A stretch of 64,000 nt of DNA from Ascoidea asiatica JCM 7603 (taxonomy: Eukaryota > Fungi > Ascomycota): contig BCKQ01000004.1 in the NCBI GenBank assembly GCA_001600695.1, positions 1,072,067 to 1,136,066 on the forward strand. Direction: 5' to 3'. Both the position numbers and the translations under genes were made by a program. Below, piece by piece: positions 47,560 to 58,429 of the stretch. The notes beneath the pieces were generated by a model, which was not told the DNA's origin, made no database searches, and was given only the letters and a program-made list of their open reading frames with translations. Position 1 is the first letter of the stretch. Each line of letters opens with the position of its first letter.

Positions 47560-48957
47560 TTACCAAAGAGCTGCTGGGGTATAAACAGGAATAGCCTCTG
47601 TTAGGCCATAACCGGTGGTTCCAACTGCCCATGCTGGTTTTGTTGGTTGTGTCCAATCTGAAGGTGCTTCAGTTATTGTAGTTCTATGAGTGAAAGTTCC
47701 TGTTGGTGTACCTGTAACAAGTAAAGATCCAGTACCATAACCATTTTGAACAACATTTATCATATTATATTTTTCTCTTTCTTCATCTTTATAAAAACTA
47801 AAATCTTCAATAACTAAACCTTGTGGCATATTAACATCACTACCAATGATATAAATACCACCTCTTGTTTTACCTGATGTTGCTGCAATTGATCCACTAA
47901 AATTATTAAATGTTAAATCTGTTAATTGAACTCCACCTGTTGTACCAACCGAATTTTGCCAATATTGATTAATACTTAATCCAAATCCTGTTTGATATCC
48001 TTTAAAATCTTCAAATAAACAATTTTTAACATTAGAATCTGTACCATTTGGATATGTTTTAATAAACATTAATTGATTTGTATAATATGAAGTAACATTT
48101 TTAACATGCATATATGATATATCAGCATCTGATTTCAATGATCCAATTGACATACCATCTGCATTATTACAAATCATATTCTCAATTAATCCATGATGTG
48201 ATGGTGATTTAATTGAAACACATTCATCTTTATTTGTAACTTCACAATCATGAATATAATAATTATTACCTGTAACATCAATTCCATCAGTTCCACCTCT
48301 ATTTGGTCCTCTTATAGTTAAATCATATACTTCAACATTTGTAATATTTGTTAAAACTAAATGAAATGTTCTTGAATCAATTAAAAATAAATCATGAATA
48401 ACTGAATTTGATAAATTTGTAACTCTCATTAATCTATTACTACCTCCAACAAACCCATTTTCAATTCTGAATTTATATCCATTTGCTTGAATTGCACCTT
48501 TACCATTTGATGAAAACATTTCAAAATTATCAACTGTATCAATTCTAATCATATCTGAATGTGCAATTGTACCTTTTGAATTATATTGATAAAAATCTCC
48601 ATCATTATCAACATCAATTAATCCATCAATTTGAAGCGCCCAATCATTTACTTTTGTAAATGCTAAATAACTTGATAATTTCCAAGTACCTTCTGGTATA
48701 ACTAATCTTGAATTTTTTGTAACCGATACACATTCTGTAAATGCTTTATTAACTGCAGTTGAAATATCGGTTCCAGAAACTGCTCCATAATCTGTTATAT
48801 TACATATATTAGTTTTCTCTGATAATTCTGTAGTTGGTCCAACTGTACCTGTTAAACCATATGTGGTTGAAGTATCTTTTTTCTCTAATATTTCAACTGA
48901 ACAATTGATTAGTTCAATCAATGTTAAAAAACATATAAAAAAAATAATTTTACTCAT
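47560..48957 (-). CDS. Secreted GH28 rhamnogalacturonan hydrolase (rhamnogalacturonase A-like)
   Basis: Signal peptide, GTVGPTT..CNITDYGA, WALQIDGLI, TIRGPNRGGTDGIDV, HDCEVTNKDECVSIKSP, SIGSL, MFIKT. It has KDEC rather than GDD, and lacks the GHG histidine and RIK arginine of polygalacturonases. Confidence 0.9.
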   Translation of the reverse strand: MSKIIFFICFLTLIELINCSVEILEKKDTSTTYGLTGTVGPTTELSEKTNICNITDYGAVSGTDISTAVNKAFTECVSVTKNSRLVIPEGTWKLSSYLAFTKVNDWALQIDGLIDVDNDGDFYQYNSKGTIAHSDMIRIDTVDNFEMFSSNGKGAIQANGYKFRIENGFVGGSNRLMRVTNLSNSVIHDLFLIDSRTFHLVLTNITNVEVYDLTIRGPNRGGTDGIDVTGNNYYIHDCEVTNKDECVSIKSPSHHGLIENMICNNADGMSIGSLKSDADISYMHVKNVTSYYTNQLMFIKTYPNGTDSNVKNCLFEDFKGYQTGFGLSINQYWQNSVGTTGGVQLTDLTFNNFSGSIAATSGKTRGGIYIIGSDVNMPQGLVIEDFSFYKDEEREKYNMINVVQNGYGTGSLLVTGTPTGTFTHRTTITEAPSDWTQPTKPAWAVGTTGYGLTEAIPVYTPAALW

Positions 48958-50327
48958 TTTTAATTCAATTGATTATATTTCATAAAATGAAGAAAAAAAT
49001 GAATAAAAAATTATACTAATTTTTCCCCATATATATACACAGAATATTTTTTTCAGACTAGTTGGTTTTCAATATTCTTTATTGTAATATTTTTTAAGTT
49101 CTATCTTAGAATTATATTGATCAAAAAAAATTCCATTTTGATACTTGTTTCACAATCAAAAACAGTTAATCATTTTTTGTAAATCTTTTCTTGAATTTAT
49201 TTCAAAAGCCCTCTAATACTACAAAAAGTACTGGTTAACGATAACTTAATATTCATATTTAAATGAACCCTGAATAAATTGATAGACAAATCCATTATTT
49301 AGCATTATCTGAATAATGAAGTATATTATATTCTTATTCAAAACGCGTATTGAATTATCATAAAAATTACGATTAGTAATTGTTACCAAATTATTCTTCA
49401 ATTAAATAAGAGTGATTTTGTAAAATTTCCCTAGAAACCAGCAATATGGTTCTAGTTTTAGGATTTATAAAAATAGAATTATCGTATAAATTAAAGCACA
49501 AGCAAGTGACCCTGAATAATTACACATTTTTATACTGAGACAAACGGAGTAATACATATTATGGATATTTTTTTATTTCACGTGTTTTTATATAATTCAA
49601 AAAACTTTTAGTTACCCATAATTATGGTAGATCCATACTTCTGGATATTAATTTGGGTCGTAATGGTCGGAATATAGGATTGACAGATAGTAAAACGTGA
49701 CCTCTTTACACCTGGAACTTTTTGGGACAAGTTGACCAAAAAATCCAATAAAATGCCAATAAAACCCCCTCATGAAAACCGATAACCTAAAAACATGTTA
49801 TTTAACATTAACAATACTGATTTTTATTATCTTTCATTCAATCCGAGATTTTATTCTGTAACAAATATTGATATTTGATTTATCCTTCAAAATCGATAAA
49901 TGATTAATTCATTTACATTTTAATAAGTATAATTAATGATAAATCAATATATTGTTTGCTAAAACTAATAGTAATAGTAAGATTGATGATAATAAATCAA
50001 GTTGGTGAGAGGATTCTTTAAATTTATCTTGCATTCTATTCAAATCTTGATCTCTCAGAGATTACATCAAAAACTTCTTTTTATAAAATATCTAAATACG
50101 ATATTTATTTTTTAACTAGGTCATAAACTGAAAATATAATTCTGTGACATTAGTTATATCTTTTTTTCAATAGAGTGATAACTTCTTAGACATATAATCT
50201 GGAATACTATTAGGTTTCTCTAGTCGATAATTTGATCTATTTCATTTCAATTTATTTTAATTCAATTTATATCAATTCAATTCAAGTTATATTTCAACTA
50301 TAATAATTAATTTTAGATTGAATAAAA

Positions 50328-51810
50328 ATGTTTTCAAGTTTTGATATTCATGGTTCTTTAGAAAATATATCTATAGAAACAATTGAATCATTATCTTCTT
50401 TTTCAAATAATGATAAAAAAGCAATTGACAAAAAGACAAATGAAAAAACAATAAATGATGAAAATTCAATTGAAATTAAAAATAGAAAGTCTAGTGTTAT
50501 TAATATAAATAATGATAATTATAAAGATAATGATAATAATTATGATCTTAAAAAAAATCAAACTCAATTTCAAATAATTTCTAACAATAATAATTCTTCA
50601 ATTCAGAAATTAAATAAAGTTAAGTTATCCTCAAAGTCAATCAAAGAAAATTCAAATTCAAACTCTCATTCCCATTCTCATTCAAATTCACATTCACATT
50701 CAAGTTTACATTCAAATTTAAATATAAAACATGATTTTCCAAATAAATTAAAGTTTGTTGGTGAAAGAGCAAGATCAAAAACTGGTTGTTTTCAATGTAG
50801 AAAAAAAAAGAAAAGATGTGATGAAAAAAAACCAATTTGTGGTTTATGTACAAGAACAATAATGAATTGTATTTGGCCTGAATATGATAATAATAATGTT
50901 TTGATAAATAAACATGAATTCAATATTTTAAAATTAAAGAAAAAAACATCAAATTCAATTTCAAATTCAACCTTAAGTTCTAAAGATTCAAATATCGTAA
51001 CTTCAAAAATTACTAAAAATTCAATTAAATCTAAACAAATAAATGCTTCAGATTTAACTAAGTTTATAAATAATTCTTTGAAAGCCCCTTTATTCGAAAA
51101 GACCATCGAAAATACTTTACCAAATTTAAATTCAAAAAATATAATTTCGAATCACTTTTTAAATAATATTAATAATAATAAACTAAATAATGATGAAACT
51201 TCTCAATTTAAAAACGATTCATTTTTTGTAAATGATAGCAATCCATATAACGGCTTTAATAATAATGCAAATAATCACACGAATTATAACTATTCAAAGA
51301 GTCTTACAAATAATTATAATGATAATAACTTTATAAATCAGAACTATCTCAACTCAAATAACAATCTTAATCATAAAAATTACCCTAATAATAATAATAT
51401 AGGAAAAACAAAATTATCAACAAGTGAATTATTAAAATTATTTAATAGTGATAATGATAATATCTTTGAAGATTTTTTAAATTTAAATTTCTCTTATTAT
51501 ACTCAAAATAATAACAATTCTTCTAATGCAAAAAATGGGCCTAACTCAAATAATGATATTGGTTCAAATAATGGAATTAATTTAAATAATACGGACTTTT
51601 CAATGATTAATAACTCATCTTTAAGTTCACTAGAGTATTCAAATAATCAAATTATTTCTGATTCCAATATATCTAATTCAAACTTAAATGAAATTCAATC
51701 AGGTATTCTTTATAATGATTATAATAATAATAACTATGATCATAATCATATTTATAATAAAAAACAAAGACTAAACTTTAATCAGGAGCTCATTAATAGT
51801 GATAATAATA

Positions 51811-51852
<42 letters not shown>

Positions 51853-53034
51853 TCAAAAACAACTCTTATAGTTATAGCTATATTGATAATTCGATTCTAG
51901 ATTCGATTGATGATAAGAATTTAACATCATATGAAAATTCTTCTATAATTTCCTCAGTTGGTAAAAATTATTTTATTAATAGCGAGGGCAATGATGATAA
52001 TTATAATGATGATTATGATACTAGAAGAACATATAGTGCAAATGATTTATTATCAATATTAAAAAAATTCAATTTAATTAAAAATCCTCCATTAGTTACA
52101 AATAATCCACCATTATATTATATAAATTCTTTATTTGAAAAGAAAAGTAATAATTATTCCAAAGAATTAGTTTTTTTAGAATATTACTGTTCAAAATTAG
52201 CTAAAGCATTTAGTGTTATTCCTGATGATAATTTAAATTCATTTTTAAGTATATATTTACCAATGGCATCAAAAAATGAAAGTATATTATTTGGATTAAT
52301 TTCATGGGGTGGTAAATTTTTAAATGATAATTTAGGTAATTATTATTTCAAAAAATGTGAAGATTTATTAATTTTAAATTATAATAGAATTATTTTAAAT
52401 TCTAGTAATAATAGTCATAATAGTGATAATAAAGTTAATTCAATTGATAAAGAAACAATTTTAATTACATTAGCATGTTCAATGATCTGTATGGATATTA
52501 ATATTACTACAGGAGATGTTAAAAATTGGATAAAATATATTAAAATCTGTAAGAATATTATAAAAATTTCTGGTGGTGTTAAAAATTTAATTAATAATAT
52601 TGAAGGTAAATTTTTAATTTTTAATTTTTTCTATTCAGATATGTTAAGTTCACTGTCATATGAAAATGGAACATTATTACCAATTGAGGAATATAATAGT
52701 ATATTTGGAGATGCTACTTTTAAAAGTAAAGAAAAATCTGAAATGGTTAAAGATACTAATGATAAGTCAAGTAGTATTGATGAAAATATAAAAGTTGACA
52801 AACATAAGGGAGATGAAGAAGAAGAAGAGGAGCATGATGAGATTATTACAGATCCTATTCAAAGTTGTTTGAAACCATTGTTTTTAATATTAGGAGAAAT
52901 TAATAATTATACAAACCATATGAGGAAATTATCCCTCAATTATGAGAATAATGATGATATTCATATCAATAATGATAATGACAGTCTAATAGATGATTTT
53001 AAAGATGGTGAATTGTTAAATAAAGAGATAAACA

Positions 53035-53076
<42 letters not shown>

Positions 53077-53594
53077 TTGAATTTAAAATGGAATTATTAA
53101 ATAATAATGAAATTTTTTATAAAAAAATGGAAAAAAAAATTGAAGATTGTAAACCAATTAAAAAAGAATTGAATTTTTTTCTTAAAAAAAATAAAAGAAA
53201 AGAAATGGAAGAAAATTTAATGTTATTTGAATTATTTCAAAATTCATTAATTTTATTTTTAAAGAGTACAATAAACAAATTAATACCAATATTACCAGAA
53301 ATTGAAATTTTAGTATTTAAAATCAATCAATCAATTGATATATTAATAGAATCTTCAGTTAAATGTATTTTATGTTTTCCATTATTAATATCAGGTATAA
53401 ATACAATTGATAAAAAAGTTAAAATTGAAACAATTCAAAGATTTGATAAATTAATTGATTTGTATAATGTTGGAAATTTTAAAAGAGCTAAAGAAATTGT
53501 TTTAGAAAGTTGGAGACTTAATAAAAATGGAGGTATTTGTATTAATTGGTATGATATTGCACATAAATTTAATTGGCATTTAAATCTTGGTTAA
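50328..53594 (+). CDS. Zn(II)2Cys6 transcription factor with C-terminal fungal-specific TF domain
   Basis: RSKTGCFQCRKKKKRCDEKKPICGLCTRTIMNCIWP; C-terminal domain with GDVKNW, LCFPLLISG and CINWYDI motifs (Fungal_trans_2-like). Confidence 0.9.
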
Positions 53595-54079
53595 TAATTG
53601 AAATTTTTTTTTGTTAAATGTTAGAATAATTCTCAATTTAATGGATACTGTATGTTTAGTTTCTTTAGCTCTATTTTCATGAAGTTATCTTCAAATATTT
53701 TTTTTCAAAGTTTCGTTTCGACCTTTTGAAACAAATAAATAAACAAGTTATGCTTTTAAAAAGAATTGAATTAGTTTTGAGCCATAGTCAATATACTCTC
53801 TCAATAAGATTTTAAAAAGAAAAATATCGTGATCAAAAAATATGACAAAAAGGTTCATCTTGTGATTGTTTGATATTATTTTCAATACTTTGAAGAGTAA
53901 TAATAATAAGGCTGATGTGAATAAAGTAATATTTGTAAAGTTTTATCGATAAGGTTATATGGTTTCTGAAGACACAAATTTTCAAAATTATTCAAGATTA
54001 TTCAAAATTATTCTGATTTAAATTGTGGTTGAAGAGTATCGGATTAATTATGAGAATTTTTAACACTGGCAATTACCAA

Positions 54080-54750
54080 AACGGTAAGAGGGGTCATTTC
54101 GACCCCCGTTGAAAAACAGCCTAATTTAATCTTATTTTAACATCGATCAAACCAATAATTAAAATAGCTCATTTTTCCTGGCAACAGAGCAAAAAAAGCT
54201 TGTTCAGTAAGATTCAATCCCATGAAACCCTGGCGAGTCTTGGCACTTTCGGTGGGGCAGCACAGAGCCGTTAAGGGAATTATTCTGCATGTGGTCTGTT
54301 TACCTTTTTTGTTTGTTGCTGTTTCCGAGCTTTATCCGATTGGTGTCCGAGACAACGGTGCTTCCGCACACACTCTAAGTCCGGGTTAAACTCCGCTCAC
54401 GTGCCTTTCCGCTTCAAACTTCCCTGGTAACAGTCCAGACCTCAAAGTCAAGCGCTAAACTTCGTGTATTCCTTTACGGACCCCGGCACAGGAGCCACGA
54501 ATATCTGTGTTGTATTTTCAAATCTGCCGCAGATAATTTTTGACTTTCTCGTTTAGCACTCTTTGGGGTGGGTTACTTCCGCTTTTGAACCAGCTGTGTG
54601 GATCCGACTGCACTCCAGCCACTACTCAGCCCACAGCCATCACAACACGCCTGCTTGCACCCCCGGAAAGCTCGTCTTTTAGATTACGCTTTAGTTACGT
54701 AAGCGTATGGGGGTCTCGATACCCGATTATTCCTCATTTAAAATCCGACT
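54080..54750. promoter_or_regulatory. GC-rich island upstream of the C2H2 factor, with a TCCG array and CACGTG
   Basis: Seven same-strand TCCG in 54324-54411, CACGTG at 54398, inverted repeat GGGGTC-N5-GACCCC at 54090-54106. Confidence 0.55.
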
Positions 54751-55716
54751 TCTCAGAGAATATTCAATGAATGCTTAATAAATATTCCATGAATATACCG
54801 GCAAATTTAAAGAAAATAAAATAAATATTTTATTTCATTTCGGTTGAATTCTTTTCAATCTATTATTTATTATTTTTTAATAAACCTTTTCTATTTATCA
54901 TTTATTCATCATGTATTTAACGCTTTTTTATCACTTGTTTTTTTTTATTCTCTCTTGAAGTTATTCAAGAAATACCTTTTCAATGAGTATTTATTCAATC
55001 TTATTCAAATTTATTCAATTATAAATCCACTTATTTTCCAATTTTTTCTAGCAATTTTACTTATTTTTTGCTCTCAACTTAAGTTTAAACATTTGATGGA
55101 TTCTTTATTTCTTTAGTGGTCTGTCTGGCTTTAAACCTAAGTAACATTATTGCTAATCTACCGATTATAAGTATATCTATTGATTATGATTTATTTCCGA
55201 ATTTTGCTTAATAACTAAGCTTATCATTTCCATTCTAATCTTTCCAACTTCGTTTTTAATTTCTACAGCTTTGTAATGCTTGAAGTATTAAAAATAAATT
55301 TGTTGAATTGATTGATTAATTTGCTCTAGGCTATTTAAAAAGCTTATTAGTCTCGCAAAACAAGAAAAATGACAATTCTTATTTTTAAAATTTCTTTTTG
55401 TCTTTGATTTTCATTTTAGATTCAAAAATTTAAATTTTTAATTCTTTTTCGCTTTGTTCTTTTGATTTTTTCTCTTCGTTGGCTCTTTATTTTTTTTATT
55501 TTTATCAATTGACTTTTATTCATACCATTCATTTTTGCATGCTTGTTTGATTTTTTGTTTTTTTTACTCAGTCATAACTATCTCTAACTCAAGTTTATCA
55601 ATATTCATAACATTTTCAAAAACCATCATAAGCTTACTTTTTGAATAATCTTCAATTGCTTTTTTATTCAATATCTAAGCATTAATTTCTTTCTCTTTTT
55701 TTATTTACTGTAGTTA

Positions 55717-55717
<1 letters not shown>

Positions 55718-55756
<39 letters not shown>
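55718..55756. repeat. (TTAC)n microsatellite
   Basis: About ten tandem copies. Confidence 0.9.
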
Positions 55757-56256
55757 TTTGTATATTTATATATTTATATTTATTTACTTATTATTTTTTA
55801 CACCATCCATATAATCAAACTCTATTAGGTATTAATTAAATATAAACCAATATCCCACAATTTTTAATTTTTTATTTCTTATTATTCTTAATATAATTTT
55901 TATTTAATAAATATCAAAACAATAAAATGTTAATCAATTAAATAATTTTAGATAATATTATATTATATCCATATTATACAAAGTACTTTATACAAATTAC
56001 ACAATACCAAATTACGGCTGAATCTAATCCGACTTCAAATATACATAACAAACAGTACAAATTACATAATTACATAATTATAAATTATAAGATTCAAATA
56101 AAACCTATTTTAGTCTATTTATTAACTTCATATTTCAATTCAAGGGTTTAAATAAAATAAGCATTTAGTTATATTCATATTTATATATAATTAAGTATAT
56201 ATTATTTTCTTTTTTTTTTTGTTTTATTATTATATTATTTGGAAACTCATTTTAAA

Positions 56257-58387
56257 ATGGATCCTATAGTTCCAGAAAATCAAATAAATCAATTAAATGA
56301 AATAAATGAAATAAAGCAGATAAATGAAAAAAATGAAATACATAAAGTAGAACCAATAGATTCTTTAAATCAAACAAAACAAATAGTTCAAATAGATGAA
56401 AAAGACAAAAGAGATAATAAAGATGTTATTACTAATAATAATAATGTCAATGAAAGTAATAATATAAATTCAATTTCAAGTATAGATATGAATTCAATAA
56501 TTTTATCATCAAACTCATTACTTTCTAAATATGATAATATCATTAAAAATAAGGATACAAATGATCATATCAAGGATACAAGTAACAATAATAATGATAC
56601 AAATATCGATATAAATAATGATACAAGTAATGATACAAATAACTCAGATAATCAAAAACTGAAAAAAAAAAGACCTGCAGGTCATTATCCATGTGAATTT
56701 CCAGGTTGTGATAAAACTTTTACAAGATCTGAACATCGTTCAAGACATATGTTAAATCATAATGCTTCAATAATTTATAAATGTCCATGGCCAAATTGTC
56801 CAAAAACTTTTGTAAGAAATGATTTAAAATTAAGACATATTAAAAGACATGAAAATAGATTAAAAAAAGAAGAAATTCAAAAAAATCTTGAAATTGAATC
56901 AATGAAAAATAAAGATTTATTTTATAAAGGTATGGGTACAATGAATTTAAATTTAAATTTATCTTTATCTTCAAAAGATACTAGAATTATTAAACATAAT
57001 CATCATAAAAATAAGCTTAATAAAATCAATAAAAATAAAAAAATAAAATTAAATAATGATTCCTCTTTATCTTTATCTTCAGCTTCAAACCTTCAATTTA
57101 TGGACAAATCTAAACAAAATAACAACTTAATTAATGAAAATAATAATACTATTAACAATTACTTTGATAATAACAGAATCAATTCAATACCGAGGAAAAT
57201 GAATGAATTAAATAAAAATTCTTCAATTACAACCAAGGATGTTCCAATGGAAATAGTTTTCTCAGTTGATAGTTCAAAATCAATTCAAGATTCCAAGAAA
57301 CCATTTTGCCAAGTTCCTTCAAATATACCTTTACCCCCTAAAAAAATCAATAATTCACTAAAAGACCCTATAATATTGAACAACTCCCTTATCACCAACA
57401 ACAATATCAATATTAATTCAGACAATGAAAGAAGTGAGAATTCCTCAAGTTCTTCATCATTATCCAGTTTATCAAACAATAATCCAAACATCAATTCAAA
57501 TATCAACTCAAATATTAATCCCAGAATCAACTCAGCTTCGTTTCCACAGCCTAAGCGCTTGGGCTCGCCAGTTCTCATTTCCCCTGCCCACGCCACCGAC
57601 CTCAACACCTTAAAAAATACGGTGAAAACGGCTACAAATTCAACCTCAAAGAAATCAATAAATACAATAAATAATACAAACTTGGCTCCCTATTCTAAAT
57701 ATATGATAAACAATCATCAAATGAATAGTTCTACAAATAATAGCAATAGCAGCAGTATGAATGATATATCCAGTATTTTAAATGAAACTTCTCCAAGCCA
57801 AAAACAGCAAAATGATGCCCCTTTAATTTCTCAATCTCAAAGTCGGAATCCAATACAACCAACTTATTCCAATCCAGCAAATAGTCCAGTATTAGTAAAA
57901 TCATCAATGAATATGATAAACAATAAAAATAACAACAATATCAATAATAATAACATTAGTATAGGCAATGGTAGTAATCCAAATGAAAATTTCACTAATG
58001 ATGAATCATTATTCAATAATATGAACCCCCCAAATAATCATAATCCCAACAAAAATATTAATTTAAGTTCAAATACAATTCCAAATACGATTTCAAATGT
58101 AATTCCAAATTCAAATTCTACTCGAAATATAACTCCATTTTCAAATGATCCTGTTAGTGATAGTAGTAATTATAATATAAATAATACCTCAAGTGATAGT
58201 CCTGGACTTTTAGATTCTTCTGATCCTTCTTTAACTCATTTTTTTAATTATATCTTTCATAGTAATGATCCTTTAACAAAACCTAATCATAAAAAACATC
58301 ATCGTCCTATGTCAAATAATCCTAATCATTATAATAATAATGAAAATAATACTAAAAGAAGGAATAATTTAGGTACCTCTTACAATG

Positions 58388-58429
<42 letters not shown>

